This document shows, piece after piece, positions 56,801 through 64,000 of a stretch of DNA of 64,000 bases. Both the position numbers and the translations under genes were made by a program. The notes under the pieces are model-generated. The model was not told the DNA's origin and ran no database searches. It saw only the letters and a list, made by a program, of their open reading frames with translations. This DNA is from Phycisphaerae bacterium (lineage in GTDB: Bacteria > Planctomycetota > Phycisphaerae > UBA1845): assembly GCA_963666835.2 (NCBI GenBank), contig CAXXGO010000001.1:672001-736000 (forward strand), written 5' to 3'. The stretch's first letter is position 1, and each line of letters opens with the position of its first letter.

Positions 56801-59552
56801 CCTCGGCGACGATTACGCGATTACCCGAGATGGCCGCGTTGATCGCCGGTTGGATGGCGCAGAACGGGTCCTCGATTGTACCGGTCCCCGGACCTGAGCA
56901 GTTCGCATCAACATACAGTATGCGCTCGCGGTCCTCACAAACGTCGGGAACGCTGTTGTGGTTGAAGTCCTCGGTAAGACCCTCCGCAGTCTCGCAGGCA
57001 TCCCACTCTCCGTTGTCGTTGCAGTCGGCGGATGTGTCCTGACAGATGTCGGGCACTCCGTCAGCGTTACAGTCTGCGACGGTCCCGGATTCAATATCGC
57101 AGCTATCCGCAATGCTGTTCGAGTTGCAGTCCGGTTCGCAGTCGTCCGGGACGCCGTTGTAGTTGCAGTCGGCCACCAGAAGGTCGATTACGTCGCAGTC
57201 GTCGGGAATCCCGTTACCGTTGCAGTCCGGTTCGCAGGCATCAACTAGGTCATTACCGTTGCAGTCGCCGGCCAAACCAGACTCGATGTCGCAGCTATCG
57301 GGGATGCCGTTGCCGTCGCAGTCTATCTCGCAAACGTCCAGCAGGCCGTTCCCGGAGCAATCCAGGTCCGGGTTCGCGGTGATCTCGGCGTCGTCCGCCT
57401 GGCCGTTGCCATCGCAGTCCGTGGGAATCTGCGGCGACACGCATAACGAGAACGACTGCGGACCGGCCGGTACGCCATAGCCGAAGACCTCGACCAGCCA
57501 CAGGCCTTCCGCCGGATCGTCCACGAGAACTTGCTCGATGTTGTTGAGATGGTCGGCTCGAACGCGCGTAGCCGGGGCGGCCGGGTCCGCCGGATCGAGT
57601 GTCCAGGGATAGTGGCGATTGCCCTGCGGATCAAAGACCCGAAGATCGAGATCGTTGACCAGAGCCCGGGTTACGTTCGGCGCTGCGGGGTAGTCGTCCC
57701 AGGCCAGGGTTATCTTCAGCTCGCCGTCGCCCGGGTCGACCTGCACCAGCAGGGGATATCGTTCACCCTGATCCAGTTGCCCTTCGCGGAACTGCTCCGT
57801 GCGCAGGAAGTCAATGCTGTCGCGGATGCGTACCGAGCCGTATCCGTTTTGATAGTCCGGGCCGCGATTGCCCAGGTCGGCGGCGTTGTGGGTCAGGATC
57901 GCCTTGATCGTGGCGTTGCGGGGGTCGGCCGCAGCGGGCAGTAGGGTTCGGTAATCCTCCAGTAACAGTGCGATCAGGCCGGTCACCGTCGGGGCGGACA
58001 TGGACGTACCGCAAGCGCTCATGTACCCGCCGCCGATTACACAGGAAGTTACGCCGAAGTCGTCTCCGATCTCGCAACCGGGGGCCGTTACGTCCGGCTT
58101 GATTCGCCCGTCGTCGGTCGGTCCCCAACTGGAGAAGATGGTGGTGAAGTCGTCGTTGGCGTTGACGGCCCCGACGGTGATGTGGTTTTTGGCGCAGGAC
58201 GGCGGGGCGGTGGAATGATAGCCCTCCGGGGTGTGGACGCCTTCCGTTCGGCAGCGACTGCAGTTTCGTTCATTGCCGTTGGACCAGACCACGGTAAGTG
58301 GATTTCCCAACGTGCCGGTTACGATTGCGTCGATAAGCTGGGCGGTGATCCCGTAATCGCCGGTGATTGCGCAGTCGAACCCGTTCGTGCAGGTGTTGGT
58401 TCCGATCGAGTTGTTGGCCACGTCGACGCCGAAGTTCGCGATGGCGTCGCTATAGTCGTTCTCCAGGTCGCCCGGGTCGGCGTAGAGTGGCGGGTTTTCT
58501 TCGTGGTATTGCGTTTCGAAGCCGTAGCTTTCGATGATTACCCCCGGAGCCATGCCGCGATACACGCCGTTACTGGCTAAGCCGCTGCCGCCGATGGTCC
58601 CGGCCACATGTGTTGGGTGGGAGTCTTCATCGCTTCCGTCCCGAGCGGTCAATCGGCCACCGAAGTCGGGATGAGATCCGTCCGCGACGCCGCCGTCGTA
58701 GAGCAGTACGGTAACTCCCGTGCCGTCCAGTTCGTAGTCCGGGTGCGTCTGGACCGTTTCAGCTTGGGTGAGCCATCGGTTACTGTCGTTGGCCTCGCCG
58801 AAAGCGGGCAGCGGCGGCTCGATCCACTGCACCGCGTCCTCGTCGGCCAGTGGGGTTATTCGATCCGCGGGCAGTTCGATCACGAGCCCGTTGACGGCGC
58901 GTAAGTATGACCGAACCGTGGCACCATGCCGCTTGGCGATGTTCTCGCCGTCGGGGATAAGCGGGATGTCCTGGTGGAACAGCAGGTAGGCCGCGACGGT
59001 AGGGGGAGTATCTTCGCGGTCGGACTCAGCGGTTGTTACTATCGCTCGCCGCGGGAGTTCTTTTCCGGTGAAACCCGGGTGGAGCTTCCAGGCTCGTTGA
59101 ACGGCCTGCGCGTGCCGTAGCGGCACCGCCCGGGTCAGTGCCGCGAGGTCCACCCTGCCGGGCTCGACTACGGCGAAGAAGCTGTTGTCACCAAGCGGAC
59201 TCAGCAGTTGCAGCCCCGCCAGGGAAACCGCGGCCCGATCCGCGGCAGTGAGCCCCCGATCGAACTGCACGACGACATGCCGCCGGCTTTCTTCGGAATC
59301 CGGCCCGACCAACAACTCCGCCGCCGCTTCCGCGCTCTTCTCCTCACCCGAAGCGCCGAATTCGAGATCAACGGCGCGGCCAACCCTCTCCCCCGACCCG
59401 CGCCAACAAACCTGCCCACCCCACGCCGGTAAAGCGGCGAAACCTGTGACCAGTCCTGCCAGGAGGAGCGCGATCGTGTGTGGCTTGGCGGAGGCCGACT
59501 GCGCTATCCGGTATTGTCGATGGAATGGCTTTCTGCTCATTACGATTGTCAC
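50889..59552 (-). CDS. Giant exported S8 (subtilisin-like) serine protease with Ca-binding Cys repeats, three beta-helix modules, a cohesin-like and a dockerin-like domain
   Basis: Triad YDGG / HPTHVAGT / GTSMSAP; FSSWGPTDDGRIKPD; 34 DCNxNGxPDxC-type units; three GGA(I/V)YC-type beta-helix modules ending in an SP/TSxI(D/N)xG...D(I/L)GAxE segment; C-terminal GDVSGD...DINRS. Confidence 0.9.
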   Translation of the reverse strand: MTIVMSRKPFHRQYRIAQSASAKPHTIALLLAGLVTGFAALPAWGGQVCWRGSGERVGRAVDLEFGASGEEKSAEAAAELLVGPDSEESRRHVVVQFDRGLTAADRAAVSLAGLQLLSPLGDNSFFAVVEPGRVDLAALTRAVPLRHAQAVQRAWKLHPGFTGKELPRRAIVTTAESDREDTPPTVAAYLLFHQDIPLIPDGENIAKRHGATVRSYLRAVNGLVIELPADRITPLADEDAVQWIEPPLPAFGEANDSNRWLTQAETVQTHPDYELDGTGVTVLLYDGGVADGSHPDFGGRLTARDGSDEDSHPTHVAGTIGGSGLASNGVYRGMAPGVIIESYGFETQYHEENPPLYADPGDLENDYSDAIANFGVDVANNSIGTNTCTNGFDCAITGDYGITAQLIDAIVTGTLGNPLTVVWSNGNERNCSRCRTEGVHTPEGYHSTAPPSCAKNHITVGAVNANDDFTTIFSSWGPTDDGRIKPDVTAPGCEIGDDFGVTSCVIGGGYMSACGTSMSAPTVTGLIALLLEDYRTLLPAAADPRNATIKAILTHNAADLGNRGPDYQNGYGSVRIRDSIDFLRTEQFREGQLDQGERYPLLVQVDPGDGELKITLAWDDYPAAPNVTRALVNDLDLRVFDPQGNRHYPWTLDPADPAAPATRVRADHLNNIEQVLVDDPAEGLWLVEVFGYGVPAGPQSFSLCVSPQIPTDCDGNGQADDAEITANPDLDCSGNGLLDVCEIDCDGNGIPDSCDIESGLAGDCNGNDLVDACEPDCNGNGIPDDCDVIDLLVADCNYNGVPDDCEPDCNSNSIADSCDIESGTVADCNADGVPDICQDTSADCNDNGEWDACETAEGLTEDFNHNSVPDVCEDRERILYVDANCSGPGTGTIEDPFCAIQPAINAAISGNRVIVAEGVYQGRHNRDLDFGGRLITLQSTDPANAAVVAGTVIDPQGAGRGFFFHSNETRSAVLDGLTIRNGTAAVGSTFGSYRGGAIYCVDSNPTIRRCVLQDNSIAPTILVEYGGGGIYCERSSPAIDRCTITGNETTNSGGGVYCFENSPAAITDSVISGNQSFLGGGIACYLSNALIRNCTIVDNLADGYRGGALHCNDAIPTVTSSILWGNLGETGPDQIFGEPTVSYSDVEGGWVGTGNLDADPAFIAGGDYHLTDNSPCIDAGDPAFFSATATDLDGEPRVFLGRVDIGADEYIDTDCNNNGIDDSADLAGGTSEDCNGNGIPDECEPDCNHNGVADECDIAWGYSQDRNGNRIPDECEPGRVFYVDDDGPGDAGPGDPALSDPLEDGTLEHPYDAIQEAIDVSRSGDLIIIADGIYRRSGNRDLDFHGRAITVRGESHPGESIIDGEHVSRGFIFHTGESRSSRLEGVTIRNCRADLGAGVYCTNSSPTIFNCRIVDCTAENSGGGLYCRSGQPTITHCLLRNNTAGGSTGGAIYALESRPILQYCSISGNTAGYGGGGVGAMNGSDVILTNCLISDNTARNGGAVYWYRSNLNAQRCTIAGNRATGGSGHALYATSADANLRNTIVWQGGSLNYVGQVYADTRSELDFAYSDVQGGTDGFVGGGLTAWSGENLAVDPLFRDPAHSDYHLLPRSPAIDAGDPHFGPAGFREVDLDGNERLIGRLDLGAFEFSPDCNGNGKPDDQDIGEHRSADCNGNALPDECEADCNENGIADDCDIAGGTSDDCNDNGVADECDLAYGESEDLNANQVLDECELCDADADCDDGLFCNGAEFCANGWCQTGADPCPGQYCREDTNDCADCLGDSDCDDLNACTIEECVAGSCRYTVTTGPCDDGDRCTVNDTCVGDTCVGTPVPNCGVYFALRAGEINGLPIAGGPAGSATIAPGDRVTCEIFVVNWFPQNLQLYQATIDASGYVSGRSGRLSPLIDPAPSAGAFIDHARADFTFAGIDIISAVDSTQPNYRYGALGLVDSVPDQGMPGYCGTLILDVSADATGRFEVGFITHPLYTYLSDKTSTELQPLGLEPLTLFVDTDCNGNGVPDDLDIAGGTSSDCGGEGLPDECEPDCNANGRGDSCDVLDLSSADCNNNGTPDECEPDCNSNGTPDDCDVTNETSADCNDNDSPDECDVLGVSKDCNQNGTPDECEPDCNSNDFADDCDIDLGLSADADDNGVPDECEPDCNANGMPDAWDITTGASADAEPNGIPDECQRVLHVPGEYRHIQHAIDLAQPGDVILLAEGLYRGEGNTWVEFNGKVVTLRCAGPPATCVVDGDGVEQGFRFLNGESAKTRVEGLTITNCSVGVLSSHGSSPLIEGCRIVGNIGSGVYTLYGSRPLFRRCAIAGNYSQGVYCWEGHPIVESCLIVDNRGYGTYAREGSSPILAHSTISGNGNALRFVGGAPIVHDSIIWGNGSAASPRVAVSEEAVLTLQYCDIEGGQAAVYADAGSAIVWGAGNIDANPRFLDADGPDDDNLAWEDNDHHLSPTSICINSGDPAYVPDTGEADIDSDPRVLFGVADIGADEANAFADCDNNGVPDSHEIAAGIATDCNDNGVPDACDIADTPAPGGSADCNNNDLPDECDIAVPFETSSPLLSPIGTGFPQSFTILAAPAAVSDVIMTLQVRADLNGTGEEIAVRLSGTPVGTLFGDGANACPTGADVATLIVPYSVYNAAIDDGSVTVELIASETVNAFRCRTGSFISVALAYSAVGTSADNNRNGVPDECETPAGSIIDSDPPTGAIDARQPLAFDRAADLWGFSSIDLTFDGDVSNLTAADFCVTQDGGDGNPPGISSVETLAPDSIRLHLSKPIEPEAWTVIAHLDSSSRVCLGCLPGDVSGDRISEATDITALVQSLNNGAGEALPLHSTDINRSSTTTAGDILALIDLLNGAGEYSPWLTRTLPPDPCTTPAG

Positions 59553-61900
59553 TCCGTTGGTCCGGTCAGACCGTATTGAAACACGGCGTAGTCCTCAAGG
59601 TCTACATCGTCGTCGCAATCTGAATCGAAGGTTCCGCAGCAGGAACCGAGCCGGGCGGGACCCGCTTCGCTGAAACAGGTCTGGAAATACGCCAGGTCGA
59701 TAAGGTCGATGGTGTTATCGAGAATGCGGCAGGCATTGGCCGCGCCATCAGTGCGCCGACATTGCGGCTCGGCGGGCGTAGTGACGCGCAGAGCCCAACC
59801 AACCAGTGCGCCGTCGTCGGTCGGCTCATGATCGACCACCCGCAGAGTCCACGTGCCCGCTTGATCCAGGCCGTGAAACCGGCTGAGAGGATCCGGTGAG
59901 GGGGCAAACGCTCCGGTCACGGTCGGTCCGCCACTGTCGGAGGTTTCGATGTCCGCTACGGCTCCGTCATCCAGCACGACATCAAAGCCGTCGTTATCAT
60001 ATCCATGGCCGGAGCCAGTCCGCCCCGGTCGGTCGATAAGTGTCGCGGAAATGTCACGGTGGGACAGCTCGACGGTCAGATCACCGTTCCAGGTATGTTC
60101 GAGGTGCAGTTCCAAACCCAAGTCAACAATCGTCCCGCGATCGGCGATCGCTTGTTGGCGGAGCAGTCCGGTTGAATCTCCGTCCGGGATGGCTGCGGGG
60201 AGCCCGGAAGTTGCTTCGTAGCGCGTCAGCGCGGTGTCGGAACCCACGCCGGAAAACGTCACGGTCAGATCATACGTGTTGCGTGTGTCGTCGGCCAGAA
60301 ACACCCGTAATAACACATTCCGGGCTTCATCCGTCGCGGCCACTGAGATCGTCTCGCCGTTATCCGAGCCGGTGGAAGAAGCTACCGGTGCCGCTGGGCA
60401 CTCCTCGTACAACTCGGCGTCGATGTCTCCGTGCGCGTTGATGAAGGTCAGACTGATCTGCGCGGCGGCGCATGCCGGAACGGTTATGATGTACCAGTCT
60501 TCATCGAGGATCTTCACTACCTGCCCCGGCAGTTTGCCGTCGGAGATGCTTGTCGCCGCGGCGCAGGTGTCGTTGTCCTCCGATTCGTCGTCTTCTCCTT
60601 CGATCAGGGCGGATCCGATATTGTCCAGAACCGCTGAGAACTTGGTGAAGTCGTCCCAAGTCTCTCGGCCGCAGGCGCTGTCTCCGCCGGAGAAGTGTCC
60701 GAAGATCTGCCCGGTGGAATCCTGCCAGATCCCGGCACCGGTGGAGCCGGGCTCGGTAGGTCCGTCCAGCCAGTTGATTCGCCAGAAGTTTCCCAGATCG
60801 GCATCCCGCACCCCGAAGCTGATCCGTTTGAAGCTGCCGAGGGGATGGTGGATTGCGGCGGCCGGTTCGCTCCAGGGGATCGGCTCACTTGTCCAGCCGC
60901 CAAAGTATGTGCCGGTGGGCAGGGTGCCGTGGATCAGCAGCAAGGCAAAATCCGCCGATTCCGAGCTGCTTATCAGGTCCGCAGAGGAAGAAGTATGCAG
61001 GACTGCCGGCGGTGGCACGGTTCCGTCACAGACTTGCGATTGGTATTGCCAAAGCGCCACCGTGGTCTCGGCGGTTTCTTGAGAGCTGCAGCAGCTTCCG
61101 GCGGTCAGCAGATACGGAGTGAAATCGCCGGTGATCGTGTCAATCAATTGCCCGGTACAGAAATAGCTTTCGTCACCGTCTATGAACGTCAAGCGCGCGA
61201 CCGCGTTTCTGATTCCGGCCCAAGCCGGATAGCAGGTAGAATCGTTGTGGCATTCGTCCGCGCGATCTTTGGTGGTGAAGAGATCCCGATAGATGTGCGC
61301 CAACCGGTCTACTGAAAAAGCCGGTTCATCATCTGCTGAGGAGGTCGGGGCGACGTATGCGATGCGAACACGCTCGCCGGGCAAGGCCGTGCTCCAGAAA
61401 CGCCCGGTACCAGTGGGTCCGCGCCCGGTGAACGGACCGTCAAAGATGTCGGGCCGGTCGATCGACCAGATCCAGATTCGAGATCCCGCAGGCAGGTTCA
61501 TGGCACTGAAACGCAACCGCAGAGCTTCGGCGCCCTGCGACGTGATGTCCGTCGTCCAAACTCGGGTAGCGGCGTCGACCATCCATCGGACCCCGTCTCC
61601 GGCCGTTATGCGGACGTCGCGGACTACCCCATTACGCAGTCGTTTGCCGTTCTCGAGGTCCCTTGCATCTTCGCTTTCGAGAACCTGTCGGGCGAGCGGA
61701 GGGAGCTTTACGCCGGGGGGCGGCGTTACGCTCAACGGGCCGAATCGCCTGGCCGGGGATATGCTCGACTTGGTCCGGGCCTTCATGTGGGGGTACGGAC
61801 GCCCTGGCGCAGAACGCTGCGGGGCAGGTTCCGCCGAGAATGCACACATCGAGCCGGCAACCAGCCACGACAATACCACGATGGCCCGTCCGCATCGCAT
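59549..61900 (-). CDS. Lysyl-endopeptidase-like (trypsin fold) exported protein, probably inactive, with PPC-like, proprotein-convertase P and dockerin-like domains
   Basis: Signal peptide; CTGQLI, YLLTAGSC, DFALL, IHHP.G..KRIS, TEPGSTG; DEDWY...GDID..LY; HTWNGDL...GTWTLRVVD; DSDCDDDVDLEDY. Confidence 0.8.
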   Translation of the reverse strand: MRCGRAIVVLSWLVAGSMCAFSAEPAPQRSAPGRPYPHMKARTKSSISPARRFGPLSVTPPPGVKLPPLARQVLESEDARDLENGKRLRNGVVRDVRITAGDGVRWMVDAATRVWTTDITSQGAEALRLRFSAMNLPAGSRIWIWSIDRPDIFDGPFTGRGPTGTGRFWSTALPGERVRIAYVAPTSSADDEPAFSVDRLAHIYRDLFTTKDRADECHNDSTCYPAWAGIRNAVARLTFIDGDESYFCTGQLIDTITGDFTPYLLTAGSCCSSQETAETTVALWQYQSQVCDGTVPPPAVLHTSSSADLISSSESADFALLLIHGTLPTGTYFGGWTSEPIPWSEPAAAIHHPLGSFKRISFGVRDADLGNFWRINWLDGPTEPGSTGAGIWQDSTGQIFGHFSGGDSACGRETWDDFTKFSAVLDNIGSALIEGEDDESEDNDTCAAATSISDGKLPGQVVKILDEDWYIITVPACAAAQISLTFINAHGDIDAELYEECPAAPVASSTGSDNGETISVAATDEARNVLLRVFLADDTRNTYDLTVTFSGVGSDTALTRYEATSGLPAAIPDGDSTGLLRQQAIADRGTIVDLGLELHLEHTWNGDLTVELSHRDISATLIDRPGRTGSGHGYDNDGFDVVLDDGAVADIETSDSGGPTVTGAFAPSPDPLSRFHGLDQAGTWTLRVVDHEPTDDGALVGWALRVTTPAEPQCRRTDGAANACRILDNTIDLIDLAYFQTCFSEAGPARLGSCCGTFDSDCDDDVDLEDYAVFQYGLTGPTE

Positions 61901-61973
61901 CGGATTCCCTCTCCACAGTGCCTGGCGATACTGGCGAGATTCCGGCCCGCTCCCCCGTTACGCAGAGAACCCT

Positions 61974-62002
61974 ATTATAACGACAAACCGCCCAACTGTC
62001 AG
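61974..62002 (-). promoter_or_regulatory. Putative sigma70 promoter for the protease-like/S8 operon
   Basis: Minus strand CTGACA (62002-61997), 17 bp, TATAAT (61979-61974). Confidence 0.65.
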
Positions 62003-62208
62003 CGTTTTTACGTCCGTTCACGGCACGTAGGGCTGAAGGTTTTTGCGGAGTGGTCGGCTTTGTCGGCCGGTCCGCAGGTGATTGCCCCGAGATTTGCGCC
62101 GGAACCGGGTGGCGGATAGTCGAACGCTCAATATGCTCACCTGCATTCGCGAGCATGCGAACCGGGGGAAGTAGCCTCGGAGCCTTGGAGTCCAACGGGA
62201 GATTGTCG

Positions 62209-63891
62209 ATGGGATTGCGAGTTCTGATCGTCGGCGGGGTGGCCGCCGGAGCCAGCGCCGCCACCAGAGCCCGGCGGCTCGATTACGACGCGGAGATTAT
62301 CATCTTCGAACGGAGCGGGCATGTGTCGTTCGCAAACTGCGGACTGCCGTATTACGTGGGCGATGTTATTCAAGAGCGTGAGGCCCTGCTGTTGCAGAGT
62401 CCCGAGCGGTTCCGAGATCGCTTTGCGGTCGACGTGCGGCTGCGGCATGAGGTGGAGTCGATTGATCGGGTCGGGCGGCGCATACTCGTCAGGAACCTCG
62501 ACACCGGGGAGACCGTATGGGAGCCGTATGATAGGCTCATTCTCACCCCCGGAGCCTCGCCGATCATTCCGCCGTTTGACGGGGTCGATTGCCAAAACGT
62601 CTTTTTTCTTCGCACAATGGAGGACACCGACGCATTCCGGGCGTGCGTGGACGCCGGGACCGTGCGGCGGGCGGTCGTTGTGGGGGCCGGTTTCATTGGG
62701 CTCGAAACAGCCGAAGCCTTGACACGGCGGGGTGTGCAGGTTTCGGTGGTCGAGCTGCTTGACCAGGTTTTAGCCCCGCTGGATGAAGACATGGCCCGCC
62801 GGGTGGCGGAACACCTTCGCGAGAACGGGGTATCGTTGTATCTGGGTAGCGCGGTAAGCAACTTCAAAGCAGAGCAGGGCATAGTGACCGAGGTGATTAT
62901 GGAAGACGGGCGGACATTACCGGCCGACGCCGTTCTTCTTTCGATCGGGGTGCGCCCCAATACCCGATTGGCCCGCGAGGCCGGTTTGACCGTCGGATCG
63001 AGCGGGGGAATTCAAGTTGATCAGCACCTGCGAACAACGGATCCGAACATCTTCGCGGCCGGGGATGCTGCGGAGGTCGTGCACGCGGTAACGGGCCGCC
63101 GCGTGACGGTGCCGCTGGCCGGGCCGGCCAACAAGCACGGGCGATTGGCTGGAGAGATTGCGGTAGCGGGTAAGGGGGCAAGTGCCGCTAAGGTGGCAGC
63201 CACGGCCATAGTGCAGGTGTTCGATCTTACCGTTGCAGTTACCGGGCTCAGCCGGAAAGAAGCCGAGCGCGCCGGAATCGCCGCGCAGCACGCTTTGGTC
63301 AGTCGCAGGCACCACGTCGGATACTATCCGGGGGCCGAGGAGATGCTGCTCAAGCTGGTTTACGAACCCGGGACTCGGCGCGTTCTGGGGGCGCAGGCCA
63401 TCGGCGGTGCCGGGGTCGATCGGCGCATTGATGTCATTGCTACTGCGATCCACTTCGGTGGGACGTTGGACGATCTGAGTAATCTCGACCTGGCCTATGC
63501 CCCGCAATTCGGAGCAGCGAAGGACCCCGTGCATATCGCGGCGTTTGTTGCCGACAACCAGGAGCGAGGGCTGTTTCGCCAGGTGGAGCCGGCTGCCGTC
63601 GGCGATCTGATTGACCAGGGGTACCAACTGGTCGACGTGCGGCATGCCGAGGAGTTCGCCGAAGAGTCGATCCCCGGGGCCGTCAATATTGATGTGGACG
63701 AGCTGCGCGCCCGGGTGGGCGAGCTGGATCCCGACCGGCCGGTTTTGGTGCTATGTGAGGTGGGGCAGCGCGGTTACTACGCCGCGCGAATCCTGCAGGG
63801 TCTGGGACGCCGAGATGTCGTCAACCTGTCCGGCGGCTACGTTTGGTACGCCGTGCAGTGCCCGGATGAAGACACCCAACGGTCCGGGTGA
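62209..63891 (+). CDS. CoA-disulfide reductase-rhodanese fusion (CoADR-RHD/Npsr-like)
   Basis: GGVAAGASAA, SFANCGLPY, GAGFIGLE, AAGD, LAYAPQF, rhodanese LVDVR...IPGA...LCEVGQRG; ATG 62209. Confidence 0.92.
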   Translation: MGLRVLIVGGVAAGASAATRARRLDYDAEIIIFERSGHVSFANCGLPYYVGDVIQEREALLLQSPERFRDRFAVDVRLRHEVESIDRVGRRILVRNLDTGETVWEPYDRLILTPGASPIIPPFDGVDCQNVFFLRTMEDTDAFRACVDAGTVRRAVVVGAGFIGLETAEALTRRGVQVSVVELLDQVLAPLDEDMARRVAEHLRENGVSLYLGSAVSNFKAEQGIVTEVIMEDGRTLPADAVLLSIGVRPNTRLAREAGLTVGSSGGIQVDQHLRTTDPNIFAAGDAAEVVHAVTGRRVTVPLAGPANKHGRLAGEIAVAGKGASAAKVAATAIVQVFDLTVAVTGLSRKEAERAGIAAQHALVSRRHHVGYYPGAEEMLLKLVYEPGTRRVLGAQAIGGAGVDRRIDVIATAIHFGGTLDDLSNLDLAYAPQFGAAKDPVHIAAFVADNQERGLFRQVEPAAVGDLIDQGYQLVDVRHAEEFAEESIPGAVNIDVDELRARVGELDPDRPVLVLCEVGQRGYYAARILQGLGRRDVVNLSGGYVWYAVQCPDEDTQRSG

Positions 63892-63910
63892 TTGCGAAGG
63901 ACGCGGCAGT

Positions 63911-63935
63911 GCCCCGAGACGGGGGGGCGTTTTTC
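63911..63935 (+). terminator. Possible intrinsic terminator
   Basis: GCCCC-gagacgg-GGGGC followed by GTTTTT. Confidence 0.4.
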
Positions 63936-64000
63936 GCTAAGGGCGGGGAATGTGTGGGTGCTTTGTCTTTCGCCAACGGCGAGCGAGTGCGCGGATGCCC

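Overview
High-GC bacterial chromosomal window, most likely Planctomycetota, class Phycisphaerae. This placement is inferred from the ECF sigma/Ser-Thr kinase pair, the Cys/Asp-rich dockerin-like secreted giants and the r-protein insertions. Bases 1-22.6 kb are the core transcription/translation cluster: 3' part of rpoC, rpsL-bioY-rpsG-fusA, the S10 and spc clusters, secY-map-rpmJ and the alpha cluster. tuf, rpmD, adk and infA are absent from their usual positions. Bases 22.7-25.1 kb hold a HIT protein, YjbQ, aroC and tRNA-Ser(TGA). Bases 25.5-64 kb are an accessory block rich in exported proteins. It holds a signal-peptide-bearing TldD/TldE pair, two paralogous pseudopilin-like proteins and a VIT-vWA protein flanked by three covarying REP-like hairpins. 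It also holds an ECF sigma-kinase-IPTL-CTERM unit diverging from a ~2,230-aa Cys-rich repeat protein, and a znuACB-like operon headed by a small ribbon-helix-helix/Cys-motif regulator with a candidate operator. The block ends with a membrane protein, an apparently dead lysyl-endopeptidase-like protein coupled to a 2,887-aa S8 protease, and a CoA-disulfide reductase-rhodanese. The most promising leads are the Zur-independent RHH metal regulator, the pseudoprotease/S8 pair with dockerin- and cohesin-like modules, the exported TldDE, and a str-operon EF-G with degenerate translocation loops behind a terminator. All calls are by eye and no database searches were run.
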